64,000 nt of DNA from Gnetum montanum (GCA_015680685.1 MNCI01002453.1:247710-311709); one strand, 5' to 3'. Positions 38,911-52,420 are shown, counted from the stretch's first letter. The notes: generated by a model not told the origin, from the letters alone. Numbers and translations: made by a program.

Positions 38911-40776
38911 TGTTGATGCATAAATCTTGGACACATCGACACCCCTAAAAAAACTTGGTTTAGAGAGACTATCACCTAGGGTGCCTTCTGTATGGATATA
39001 GAAACACATGAATAGTCAGCTAGAAAGGGAGATGTAGCATTCCAAAAATTTTTGAATAAAAAGGCCAAACAAAGTCTAAATATTAAACAAACTTTAAATT
39101 CTAAGCATTATGCAAGTTCCTTGTAATAGTGAATTCATGTAAAGGTGAGGAAAAAAGTTAGATGATGGCTTAAAAAAATTTGAATAAAAAATGTAAGCAA
39201 ACAAACCATAAAATAATAAGGCATTTCAAAATTTTTCTTGTTATTTATCTAAGTGCAAAAACAACATCACTGGCAAATCCAAGAGCATGGGAGATCTACT
39301 ACTAATGTTGACACATTGCATGCACTGTCCACTATCACCTATTGTACATGCACCACTATTGGCTATGCCTACTAGGGGAGAGAGGCCTGAAACCCCCTAG
39401 GATTGCCTGTTTTTCATATCTCTGATGCATTGTTGTTGCCATTGTCCTTGACACATATGTTGTTGTTTGTGCCTATAATTGACAACTTGCCACAAGCATG
39501 TCAACCGCTGGTTGCAGCTCCCATTATTATAGTCCACAACATCTCCATTCACACCTCTAATGCATGTCACCATTTGTTGCTATCTTTTGATTGCCACTAT
39601 TTTTTGGCTCTTGCTGCCCTCTGGCTGCTAACCACCACGTGCTTATTTGCTACTTGTAGCTTAAGCCATGCTACTCCATCCACGAGAGAGAGAAAAAGTG
39701 CCACCATTCCTTGCCATGTTGTTGGTTATGCCCATTAACACATTGGTTACCAATGCATAACCTTTGCATGATTGCCACCACCACTTGTTGTTATTGCCTC
39801 ATGGTGCTCACTATGCACTATAACCTCAACGACTACTTAGTCATTTAATTACATCATTACAGTATCTTCAAAGGCTCCACCACCTATTGCAGATAGAAAA
39901 TACAAATGACATGGAATTATCTTGATAAAAAGCAATTAAGAAACATTGTGACCATTTCCATTCACTATGACATGTATGATTTGGTTTTTTGGAAACAAAA
40001 TTTTGTAAACCTTGTGAGTCAGATAATTGATCTGTGAGCTCAATTTGTGAGTCACAAATAGGGGTTATTAAGATGACTACATTGAATTTTGAGGAGAAAA
40101 GGTTCATGGATATTGTAGGACTTGATTATTCTAGCCATAGTTGCTATTTGAACCAAGGCAATAGCCTAAACCAATGCTCTACATGTTGGGATGCCTAGCA
40201 TGATATAATATTGACTCACAAGTCATGAATGTAATCATTGGAAATTGATTTCATCTTAGTATACTTCTTAAGGAATTGAAAAGCTATGTGATATTTTGAA
40301 TACTCACTCAAGAGCAATGTGAGGTCACCTAGAGCAACATAGACTAGAGAACCCCTAATACCTAAAGAGGAATTGGTTGTGGATAAATCCAAATTTCCAA
40401 TGACTTCTAGACTATAGTCATGATAAATATAAGTCAATCTATGGGCTAATTCTCTAAGAATTTTAAGCCTAGTACCTAAGTTCATAGGAACAAGTGATCC
40501 ATTGTGTTTGCACTCTGTAATGAAGAAGAGAATGAAGGGTTTTGTTACTCATGGAAGACATTATTGTAGCCTTTACATTATTAGACCATAGCACCATGAT
40601 AATTTTAACAATGTTCCTATGTATAAATTGTTTTAGGATTTGATAATGTTCCTAAATTATTTTAGGAGAATGTTTTAGACTAATATGGATTTTCTTTTCA
40701 TGAAAATGTCAAACCCTAATGACTTGACTAATAAGTCATGGCCCTGTGCCGGGCATGGGCGATGTTGGCATCAACA
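38911..40776 (-). repeat. C-family LTR shared by C2 and C3
   Basis: TGTTGATG...CATCAACA; PBS on the left, PPT and 3'-UTR sequence on the right. Confidence 0.88.
40320..40700 (-). pseudogene. Captured LRR-XII-like kinase fragment inside the LTR (second copy)
   Basis: FIHRNIVKIIMVLWSNNVKATIMSSMSNKTLHSLLH...LGTRLKILRELAHRLTYIYHDY...TNSSLGIRGSLVYVAL followed by GGTGAC. Confidence 0.75.
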
Positions 40777-41934
40777 CCTAACCCACAAACTAGAAATTGC
40801 AAGAAAGTGCAAGGAACAATCAAACTATAGAAATTTTAAAAGGATATGGAAAAGATAGAGGATCAAAAAGATCACAAAACATAAACAAATTGATTTTTGA
40901 AAGCAAACTATACTGATCTAAACATAATTAAAATAATCATATAATCAAGAGAGGACTAGATGTGGGCCATCCTTATGACACCACCTTATTTAATCAAGAT
41001 TAAAATGTATACTCTTTATAAATCATAACTTTAACTATATATATAAGCTCTCATTCCCAATCTTCTCACAAGGTAAGAATAAAAAGTATGTGGACTATTT
41101 TGAGTGCAAGACTCATACCAAACTTAATACAGAGGACAATCTTATCTTAGATCAAAGCTAGCCACAATGTTTGGATTTTTCTTTAGGACTCTTCTTTCTT
41201 TTTATTTTTTGACATTTAAGAAGGGAATGGGTGAAAAGGGATTATTCACTTTTTTTCTTTTTTCCTTTTTATAATTTTGGAGAAATAGGTTTAAAAGGGG
41301 AATGACGGATAGGGTGAGGATTACTACCAGACTCCATCACATTCAAGAACTTATTACACTGCAAATGAACAAGGTCCTTGTTCTTTTTCTTTTGTTTCTT
41401 TTTTTTTAAAGGAAAATTTGCTATTTTCTACTTCATTATTAAGATAAAAATTCCAACACAAGTATGGCCAATTAGCTACATTGTTAAAGAACATGGTCCT
41501 TTTGGAACTTTTCCCATGATGTAGTTCAACCCTCGTGTATGTGCCCTTTAATTACAATCTAGATAGCATCATAGTAGCTCTTCTAGGTGGCTAAGGGTTC
41601 TCAAGTGGAGATGAACACACTTCATCCTATTACTCATAGGATAGCTATGGATCATCACACTTGAGGTCTAGGGCTTATGAGAAGGAAAATGACATTTTCA
41701 AAGGTCACCTAGTGATTGTGGCTAATCATTCTCCAACATCACATATCCTACATTCACATAATCGTGATGATAACATGATAGGTTAGCACAAATCCAATCC
41801 TCCATAATCCAACATAACTAATAAAACTAAAACCTTAACATGGATTGGGAAGAATCATAGCATGATTAAAATATATCATATAAAGGAGATTTTATGTAAT
41901 AGTAATAGGATATATCATATAAAGCATTATATTG
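40777..41934 (-). mobile_element. 3' non-coding region of third unit C3
   Basis: Collinear with 32631-33590. Confidence 0.85.
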
Positions 41935-41939
41935 AACTC

Positions 41940-42990
41940 TTCATGCATCCAATTTTTTTTAGAATCATGCCACTCATGCAGTTGTGGCTCTGATCCAATA
42001 GTTGCATGTTTTTACAAGAGCCCAGCTTCAATGTAATTGGCTACTAAGGTAATTGTCATTTAACTATATCTTGTTAATGTTTTGAAATGATTTTCCTAAA
42101 ACAAGTCTAGTCAGTTTGTTCATGGAAAAATTTATGTACCTACAACATGGCTAGTGAGTCGATTGTCTGTGGCACAAATCCAAACAATAGAATCATATAT
42201 GGATTCAAGTGCTTAAACTTGGAATCCAATCTGATGTTCTACTAGGATATCATTGAAAAATAAATTACTATTGTGGTCTTGGAAGTAGAGATTCTTGAGA
42301 TTCTTGATCTCCATCTAGATTCTGGTGTTGAGAAAATTGTTCTCCAATCGAATGCACATATGCTAGTTTTCAACAATAGCAAACCCATGAGATTGTTTGA
42401 GAGTAGCGGTAGCTTCTTTAGATTGCAGAGCCAAAAAAGATCCTCTAGAATCTTTTTGAGGATATTGTTATCATAGATATTGAGGAATTGCAAATTGGTA
42501 TAGTCATGCAAACTCGTTGGAATTTGGTTTCCTAGGTTGTTTTACCATGCATAGAGCAGCTTTAGTCTTTTCATGACACCTAGCTTCTCTAGAATAAGTC
42601 TATTATATTGATTCATACCAATCATTATCTAGGCTAGTGTTGAGTAATTGGACTAAGTTGCCAGAATTGATTCAGTTAACGAGTTGTTACTAAGTTGAAG
42701 GAATACATGATTCTACAGCCATCAAAACAACATTGGAATGCTACTAGTTAATAAATTTATTGATATATGGACTAAGATGAATGAGGAATAGTTTCCTAGC
42801 TCCCATGAAATGCTACCTATCAAACTATTCTACTACTTAAATATCCTTTGCAACTTCCATAACTTACCTATTTTATTGGGGATGAAGCCTAATATAGTGT
42901 TCTAGTAGAGGTTTAGATTTTAAAGCTTTGAGTAGTCCCCAACTCTATAGGAATTGATCTATTTATATCAACATTCCCATGCTAATGCAA
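41940..42990 (-). pseudogene. Decayed plant-specific LRR ectodomain (LRR-RLK/RLP) fragment
   Basis: Repeated motifs: SIPIELG, GFIPNKIGKLWKLQ, LQLSNNSLT, GNQIPTSLHDYTNLQFLNIYDNNI, LCNLKKLPLLSNNLMG, GFVPQTIDSLAML; many stops. Confidence 0.8.
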
Positions 42991-44524
42991 GTCATTAATT
43001 TTTTGAACAACTAGGGTATAGTTTTACCATTTTAGGCCATCACCTCTATTTGAAAAAAATTACATACATAAGTGTGTTTGAGAAACATTATTCAACCTTT
43101 TAAATCATTAATTATTGTATTATTATCTAACAAAAGTGTATTCATTGAGTTCCAAATTGTTTGTAGTATGTACCAAGAACATTGTAGATTGTGTGCCTAG
43201 AGTAGCATAGACCAAGATCAAAGTATGGAAGCAACAATGAAAATAAGGCTTACTAGTAGTTGTAAAGCTGGCATATGTTTCAATGTCAATCATCATCATC
43301 ATGATGTTAATTTTATTAGCAAATCATTGTGTAGAAGTTGTAATCTTTTTTTGTCATCTTCATATTCATGTAGGAGGCCTCTAGCAGAAATTCACTTATC
43401 ACTTGAAGCTCAATCTCAATACTACTCCACTCCAAGTCCAAGCATCTCTATATCAATTCTAGCTCAACACTTTACCATAGGTGATAAGGGAATAAAAAAT
43501 GTTTGCACTCCATTTTTTAAACATGAACAACAAATGAAATTCTTGGAATATCTCATCTTTGAAATTAAGAAAATGTTGATCAAGGAATCATTGTTATCGT
43601 CTCCATAATAGACAAATTCCATTGCCTTGACATATCTTACCATTTTAAACTAGAAACCTATCAGTATCTTAACTCAATTGATAGAGCATGGAATGTGAAT
43701 CAAGGATAGATCCATGATGTACATGGCAAGATGGATGTGTGACACATGGTATTAGCCTTTGAGCTTTTACATGTGCATGGATATTAGTGATTCATAAATT
43801 TGGATGGTAGGAAACCCACCTTCTACAATTTGTTTAAAGAGACTATCATCTAGGACGTCTTTCATATGGGTATAGAAACCAATTGAATCATATGGTGTTA
43901 TCTAAACATTAATCCTATTAGAGCTAGGCTACCTAGACCTCTAAGAGATAAACCTTCTTTAGGAGGTACTTCTATTGGGCCTCCTCTTCCTTTGGTGATT
44001 TAGTAAAAAATAAAATATGTTTGGTTCTAATAAAATTCTATATTTAGTTCTTCATTATTCACTTGGAGTGCTTTGAATTGTTCTAAGAAAGAAGGGGAAT
44101 GAGTAGGCATAGTCAGAGATATGAAATCATTTTTTTGAAAAGTGACTAGTAATGTAAAGTTGTTCATACTAACATTTTTAAAGCAAAAATCCTCTACTAA
44201 CCTAGGATTGTGGACAAAGAAATCTTGTTCTTATTTTGGAAGTTTGCAATTCTCCCAAAAATTATCCTTTTTTTCTCCTCCCTCCCTTGTGTCTTTATTT
44301 TTATCAATGCCTTATATATTTTCGAGCCTGGATCCTTTAGATGGTTTAGATTCCTAGCTCTTTTACCTTCTTCCATATGTTCTTCATTGTACCTTCACAT
44401 AGAAAAGCAACATTATTGTTTTAAAGAGAGGTGGTTTCCTTGCATTCTATGCTACATAGATAAGGTTTCCTCACAATCCTTTATTGCATATCTTGTAACT
44501 TCAATGTGGTAGCAAATACCCTAG

Positions 44525-46232
44525 TATTTATGCATAAATTTTGGACACATAAACACTTGAAAAACTCATTTAGGGAGACTATTGCCTAGGTGCCTCTTGT
44601 ATAGGTACAAAAACCTAGAAATAGTCTTAACTAGAGAGAACTATGTTAAATGATGTTAGATTAGGGAATTTTAAAGAAATAGAAATTAATTAAGGAAAGA
44701 AACCTTTGAAGATAATATAAAAGGATGAGCTACAATAGCTCTTGAAAATGAAATCTTACATAATTCAATTTTCATAAATAGATGGAATTCTTAATGTCTG
44801 ACGTGTAATAAAGATTCACATTCATAATCACTTGAATATAAATAAAAAATTGCAATGGAACTTAGCTTAAATGAGCACAACATCTAGTTACTCTAACGGA
44901 GTGAAAGCTACCTCTGACAACTAGTCTGCATGGTTTTCCTATCGTCGCCAAAGGAGGAGGAGGAGGTGACTGTGGTTGTGGTAATGGTGCTAGTGTTGTT
45001 CACTATCATTGCTTACGGTGTTGCCACTGGTAGTGTCCACTACCAATTAGAGAACCCTTCTCTACAAGAATGAAAATCCTACTACTGAAGAATGAACTAC
45101 AACATGTCATCATTAGTTGTCATCGTTCATGCTGCTGATGTACATCACTATTTGTCACCATGCACTGTTGCTGCTCACCACTGCTAGCATCACCACTGCT
45201 AGCATCACCACTTACTATTCACAAGCAGTGGTGGCTAATGATGGTGCATTGAGAGAGGCCAAGAAAGATCCACTATCCCACACTTAGGTGCATTGAGAGA
45301 GGCTAAGAGAGATTCACTATCCCACACTCAGATAGAGAGTGAGAGCCCCTAGATTCCTTGGATTGATCTCCCCTTATGACTCTTGTCTATTGTTTCTTTT
45401 ATGAGTTGCTCCTCGTTGATGCCTTTAAATACCCATGTTTACTTGTTCACCACCACCACCACGTTGCCCATGTCTGTACATTCGTAGCTCCCAAGGCATA
45501 ACACTCACCACCACAATGTCCACTTGCCATCTCCCACCACATGTTCATCCAAGGTGCACACATATGGTTACACAATGTGAATTACTTGTGGTCTTCCTCA
45601 AAGAAGGGTCCTGGAAAAAATGGGCTATCCTGAAATTTCTTGTTTGCCTCCTCATTTAGCATCAATTCTGAAACATTGCCCTAGCCTTCAATGGTGTCTG
45701 TGGTGAGTGTAGAATCCTCAACAAAAATGACTAATCTGACATCAAACATTCTAGCCCTAGCAATTCTTGCTCATATTAGCCAATTACAGTAGCTAAAGGT
45801 GCTTCAACTATCCAACAATTCTATGTACAGAAAAATTCTTGTGGGATTGAAATCCTATCCCAGCCTGTAGATTTATGTCCAACTTCACTGATAGAACAAT
45901 TTGATGAAATTTCTACCATTAATGGAATACCCTACCTGTTTATTGTAGGAGGTCCACTTCCACACATTTTTGAGTGAGCATACTTTGCATTTGATTTTTG
46001 AAAAATAGAAGCATGATTCCCATGAACCCCAATAATTGTATCCTTGGATATCCCTTTCCCTCTATAAATTCTTCAAGCATACTAGCTTCTTGCATTCCAA
46101 TGTTTGGTCTTATGTTTTGAAGGTTCTTACTGTTTAAGGACAAGGACCCTAATGATAATTCAAATTTTACCCTATTGATTACACTAATAAGTCATGGCCT
46201 AGAGCCTAGCATGAGTGATGTCGGCATCAACA
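44525..46232 (-). mobile_element. C-related solo LTR with TSD CCTAG/CCTAC
   Basis: Ends TATTTATGCATAAATTTTGGACAC...CTAATAAGTCATGGCC...GGCATCAACA match C-LTR ends; the middle is unrelated to the C1/C2 LTRs. Confidence 0.75.
45760..45890 (+). pseudogene. LRR-repeat fragment inside the solo LTR
   Basis: ILAHISQLQ*LKVLQLSNNSMYRKILVGLKSYPSL fits the plant LRR consensus IPxxIxxLxxLxxLxLSxNxxxGxIPxxL. Confidence 0.6.
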
Positions 46233-48859
46233 CCTACCCATGCATGCATCATGCTCATTATCCATCCTACTTCTCTCTCTCTCTGATACTTTTGCATTTT
46301 ACACTAACATTCCATGCAAACTAACTCTGCTTCCTACACTTGGCCAATTTTCTGGTTGTTCTATTCCAAACTTCATTTTCTTGATAGAGAAAATTTGTTA
46401 TGCGGTTTTTTGCTAGGCATAACAACGATGTTTCAAAAATTAGTAGTAAAATAGTATAATCTTTTAGAAAATGTGTGAAATAATGACCTGGGTACTAATG
46501 TATAGGCTAGCCAACACTCTTGATGGAGATGCTATATTCTAAACTTTAACAAAAATGCTTATTTCCTTTGTTTTTTTTACTGTTTTACTTTTGTCTAGCA
46601 TAATTTCCTCATAATGACTCCAAATGCACCTTTTCTGAATATGTGATTGGATGACATTAATAACAGTAAGTTTTACCATTGAATGGTTAAAATATGTGGA
46701 AGAGATCCACTATGTGTTAGTATAGTGCATGTCCCTGAAATTGCAGGTTTTCCATCTTAAAATGCACACATATAAAGGATATTTCATAATATGCCTTGCA
46801 AAATATGATCCACTCTATTATGTTGGTAGCAATGTTTTATATAATATAGTAATTATTTAAATTTGATAATTTGACACACTTGGTGACCACATATGCAACA
46901 ATTTTAGATATTTATATGGTTTAAGACTTTCTCTCCACAATCTCCTTAATAAGGATTAAATAAGATGAATAAATAATTAAAATTAAAGGTAGTTAAGAGC
47001 TTGCATTATGCCTATGTCAACAAGTATGGTGGGAATGAGCAAAAGAAGCAAGAAGAGACAATACCATCCAATGTATTGGATATGAAGGTTTCTATGGGTT
47101 CAAGGATAGAGTTGAAAAAAAGAAGAATATCAATATCAATTAATAATTAATTATTTAAATTCTTAAAATGTATTGAAAACCTATCCCTACTCTTAGAAGT
47201 TCAACTTGTGGTTGATGACCATGAAACTATGAGCCTAGGTTTCAATGATAAAACTTATAAATTATGGCCTCATGCTAAGCATGAAAATGTTGATGTCAAC
47301 ATTTAGTCCCCAAAATTTAAGTTGTATGCAAGTGCAAAGATACCAAAATTAATAAAAATTTTAAAAGCACAAGAATATGTAAAATATAAAGGATAAAAGA
47401 GATGAAAAAATCATGACATGAAATGAAACTTCAAGTAACCTATAATGTTTTAATCATGATTAAAGTAATCACATAATCAAAAGGTGTCTGAACATGGACC
47501 ACTCTTCACACCACCTTGTGAAATTATTTAAAATTTAATTTATCATATATCCCTATAATTTATATTTAAGATTTCATTTCTTATCATTCTTAGATAAAAG
47601 TCATTAGTATAGAGGATACGTTTGAGAATAGGACTTATACTAAACTTTATGAAGAGGAAAAGCTTCCTTTAGATCATGGCTAGCCATAACTTTCAAATTT
47701 TTGCTTAGGTTCTTTTTTTTTTTCAATAATAGGGGAAAATTAAAAAGGGGTAATAAAAATTAGTAAGGGAAAATGAGATAAATAGATGAAAATTAGGAAA
47801 ACCTATGAGAGATTTTTTATTTTTTTTTGATAATGGATCAAAAGGGATGGAGGGTAGGGGAAAATTAAAAAGGGGTAATGAAAATGAGTAAGGGAAAATG
47901 AGATAAATAGATGAAAATTGGAAAAGGTATGAGAGATTTTTTTTATAATGGATCAAAAGGGATGGAGGGTTGGGGTGAGGACTGTGACCAGGCCCCATCA
48001 CACTTTAGAACTTATTACACTACCAATGAATATGATCCTTCCGTTTTTTTTTCATTGAGGAAAATTTGCCCATAGGAATTCTACTTTAGAACATTATTCC
48101 ACATTGTTGGTTGTACCTATACATCTCTAATTCATGTGGTATCATGGACTTTGGTAATAATGTGATATTTCTATTATTACTTATTTTATGAATGTCATGA
48201 ATTTGGTTATAAATAGTAAAGCAATGTTATTAATCTTCATATTAAGTTTAAGGTATAGTGTTAAAGATTTGGTGTGTTCTAGTAAGCTTAACATGCTAGT
48301 TGATGTTTATATTCAGTAACACCATGAATACTTGTATATACTATCATGATGTATAATACTATCTATGGTGTTTTGTATTTTCCAACTTAAAGTTTATAGT
48401 TAGTTATAAATAATTATATTTCTTATGTTTTTAAACTACTATTAACTATCCATCATGTCCATTCACTCTATGGAAATTTTTGTACAATTGCATCTATATA
48501 AGAATTAATTTTGGTTTTCCAAGTGGAAAAACAATACAACAAAGTACAATACAATAATGGAGACACTTAATATTATTCTTCGTAGCTGCATTTTTTGTTT
48601 ATTTTCAGGTATGATACATATAAAATTATGGATTATATTATATTTACAATGGATATTTATCTTAATTTAAATAGTCATCAAACTATTTCTAATATCTTGG
48701 ACTTGGTAATCTAAACATCACAAACCTTAATAATTTGGACATGACAAAACACCTGAAGTCATAAAGATCAAAACATAAAGCACTTCTTTTGGAAGATGTA
48801 AAACATAATAAGCATACCTAGTAGGAACTAAAAAACATCAAAATGGATACCCCTTGCAA

Positions 48860-51202
48860 AATCTTAGGCTTCCCTTGAGCTTATGAATCCCTCTTATTTT
48901 CTTCTTTTTTGATTTTTGCTGCTTATATTATCTTCCCCTTATTTTGCATTTGCTAAAAAATATAAATGAATGCTCTCAAGGCACAACGGTAACCTTGGAG
49001 AGATGTGAATTACTAAAATAATATGCTAAAAGTGAGAAAACAACTCTTAACTAAATTAGTATAACTTAACATAAGAAAAATTCAAGCATGTTGTTGTAAT
49101 AATGTATTCACAAAATAATGCTACTACAACTTATGTTTAGCAATTGTAGAGAGAATATGCAAATAAAATATAGTCATTAAAAAATCATACCTAAAATAAA
49201 CAAGCTATAATAATATATTAACCAAAAGACCTAAAGCAAGTATGAAGAGCAGTATAAATTATGATATCAACAATAAGGCCTGTACTAATACCACATCAAT
49301 AATTGAGTTGATAAGGATAATGATGAATTAAAACTAATGCACATATATCACTATTTCATAACAACATACTAAAAGATAATAAAAAGATAAGACTAATTAA
49401 AATGCAATGATAGACTATCCTATTCAAAGGGTAATCCTCAACCTAAATGTAGAATGCGGTACATACATACTTCAATTAGTTGGGATACGACCCAACTTCT
49501 AACCCTCTTTTGATTTCTTTAAAATGATTAGATGGGAGTGGCTTTGTTAAAATTTTTGCAAGCTGATACTATAATTTAATATACTTAATTCTAAGACTTC
49601 TTTTTAGACCTTCTCTTGAATAAAATGTTGTCTAATCTCAATCTTGATTCTAAAGTGCTACATTGGATTTTTTGCAATATTAATAGCACTCATCTTATCA
49701 TAAAGCATTAACACCTTACCTTATTTATGCTTGTAATCTTTAAGTATTTTTTTTACCATCCACATTAGTTAGGTACAATAATTTCTAGGTACTAGGTATT
49801 CTACTTTAGTCATTAAGATGGAGGTAGATGTTTACTTCTTGGTCATCTAAGATACAAGCTATTATCCTAAAAAGAAGAAATTCCTAGTTGTACTCTTTCT
49901 ATCATCAATCACTTCAACCCAATCTTCATTTAAATACCAAACAAGATCAAAGCATGTGTCCTTGAGATACTAAAGATCATGTTGTATAATAACTTTTAAA
50001 TATTTGAAAATCTATATAACAACAATATAATGGCATTCTATAGGTTTGGATTGATAATTTGCACATATCCCAACACTTAAGGCAATGTTAGGTCTACTTG
50101 CAATAAGATATAGCAAACTTCCAGCTATACCTCTATATAGCTTTGCATCAAAATTCTTACCTTGCTCATCTTTACATAGTTTAAGTTAAGTTGAGGACTC
50201 GTAGGGTTGGAAGTTTCTTTAGCATTCTCCATACCATACTCTTGAGAATCTTCTTGGCATATGAAAATGGCATTCTTACTTTGAATTATTTGAAGTCCCA
50301 AGAAGAAGGTTAATTTAATCATGAGGCTTATTTCAAATTCAACATATATGATTTTTTCAAATTTTTGGCAAAAAAGGGGTTAGTAGTACTAAAAATAATG
50401 TCATCAACATAAATTTGAACTATTAAAATATCCTCATCATTCTTTAAAATAAAAAGAGTATGATCAAAAGAACCTCTTACAAAGCCATTGTGTATCAAAT
50501 TTTATGAAAGCCTTTCATACCAAGTCCTAGGGGCTTATTTGAGTCCATATATTATTTGGAAGAGCACAATGTTATTGTGGGAAACAAATGAAACTATAAT
50601 ACTAATGGACTCTAATCCTGCAACTAGTTTAAATGTTTCATCATAGACAATTACCTCTTGTTGATTGTATTTTTTTACAACTAGTCTCTTCTTAGTCTTT
50701 ACAACTATTCCATCTTCATTCATCTTGTTTCTAAAAATCCATTTTGTTCCAATAACTTTATGCTCAATGGCTATAGAGATAAGTCCCCAAACATCATTCC
50801 TTAAAAATTGATTTAGTTCTTCATTCATATCTTGAATTCACGATTTATCATTAGAGGTTTCTCAATGTTATTGAGCTTAATTTGGAAAAAAAAAAAAAAA
50901 ACATGCAAAACCAAAAAATCCCTATCTTCCTCTACTTATTTTCACCTTAACTTGGTAATTTCCTATGATCTTGTCAAGAGGGTAACTTTTAGCATACATT
51001 GATGGAGTTTTTGATGTGAAGGAAACTATTTGATCCTCTTCATTTGGGTTCTTTTTAAGGCTAGAATAAAGTTGTGATGGCATTTGTTCATCATCATCAT
51101 CTTGAACTTGCTAGATTAGCCTAGGATTTGTCTAATAAAAAAACTACATTAACCACTTCCTCAATCATTAGCATGTATTTATTATAAACTCTATAATCCT
51201 TT
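48860..51202 (-). mobile_element. Ty1/copia (SIRE-like) remnant E: INT C-terminus, RT, RNase H and 3' region
   Basis: YRVYN...IEEVVNVVF, MNEELNQFLRNDVWGL, VIGTKWIFRNK, QIYVDDIIF, RQHFIQEK; PPT-like tracts near 48870-48950. LTR not delimited. Confidence 0.8.
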
Positions 51203-52249
51203 TGAAGAGGGTTCATTCCATAATTAAATCAACTTCAAATACTAAATCTAGATATTATGCAAAGAAAAAACTTTTTGCTAGAAAATAAGAAAACTAGATA
51301 TATTTAATTAAATTATTAGAAGATTAAAATAATGTTCTCAAAACCCACAAATATCCAAAATCTATCACATTTCATGAGGCTCTACAACCATACAATGGTT
51401 GTTCTCAATGCATGATACAACCAATAGAGAATCTCTTTCACAACTTGGGACTAAGATCTCAACTCATAAGTAAGATAAAAGAGAATAGAACACAAGGATC
51501 AATAGACCAGAAGTTGGTCTTAGAGCTATAACCACCAATTGCACTCACTCAATGTTCTCACACACACTCTCTTTCTTAACTCTTCATTCTTAAGAGCCCT
51601 CTATCTTACTCATCCCCATCTACAATGGTTAATACAATAACTTTTATGTTAAACCAAAAGATAAAGAACCTATAAACCTTTCCTTACCTCAACATAAATA
51701 TATTTATATGTTTTCCATGTCTTCTTATCTTATCCCTAATTATTTACATCTTTTTCCATCACATTTTAACTATATTCTGAATTGGGACCAATGCTTTTGG
51801 AATTTTCCCCATTTGTACAAGCCATATCTAATCTTGGAAAGATGTCTCTATGTCAACCTAGCTCTCAACCAAGACATTTTTCATTTTTCCAAGATGTCTC
51901 ATCTATATGTCAAGACATCTCCACAACTAGGAAGACATCTTGCCTGAGAAATCTCATTGACAATGGAGACATCTCATCTAAGGTGTCTCATGTTTTGGGA
52001 AGATGTCTCTCCTGAGACATCTTCTTCTTAGTTAAGACATCTTGTCCAAGATGTTAGTCCAAATAGTGAGACATCTCCTCTAATCTTTAGATGTCTCCTA
52101 TAACTCCTAGGCTTTAGCTAAGATGTCTTATAGCCCTCTAGGATGTCTCTCCAGTGTTGAAAATCTATAAAACATACATGTAGTGAGGAATAAGAGATTT
52201 AGAAGAGTTGTTCTTACACTAGCTCTCCCATCCTTCAAAAAGTGAACTC

Positions 52250-52420
52250 ATGTGAATAAGGGAGTAGGTGTGGAAGTGAGTCCCCACTCATGTAGTTTGG
52301 TCTCATGGATCCATATAGCATCATCAGTAGATTGATCCTTCCAATGGATCAAATATTCATGTCTATTGACTCCCCAAGTGCTAGAAGTTTTCCTATGCTT
52401 AATAGCCCCCTTCAACTCAT
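52250..52420 (-). pseudogene. Chromodomain at the integrase C-terminus of D
   Basis: IKHRKTSSTWGVNRHEYLIHWKDQSTDDAIWIHE. Confidence 0.75.

Larger units (their letters stand above)
43830..47301 (-). repeat. Divergent C-related LTR, with one end truncated and a nested solo LTR; followed by PPT and C-like 3'-UTR (47302-48100)
   Basis: C-LTR terminal motif GAGACTATCATCTAGG...ATGGGTATAGAAACC near 43838; end GTTGATGTCAACA followed by TTTAGTCCCC at 47301; 47950-48040 matches 32960-33040. Confidence 0.5.

Noticed and set aside
41940-42990. Functional LRR receptor gene
   Set aside because: Many stops and frameshifts; no start, transmembrane or contiguous kinase region.
43000-43800. hAT transposase remnant (KAMEFVY-like motif) or the 127-aa plus-strand ORF
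   Set aside because: Only one weak motif, no terminal inverted repeats, and the ORF has no recognisable domain.
48105-48860. LTR of copia E or an independent solo LTR
   Set aside because: A TGTTGG start is visible, but no partner copy, clear end or TSD could be established.
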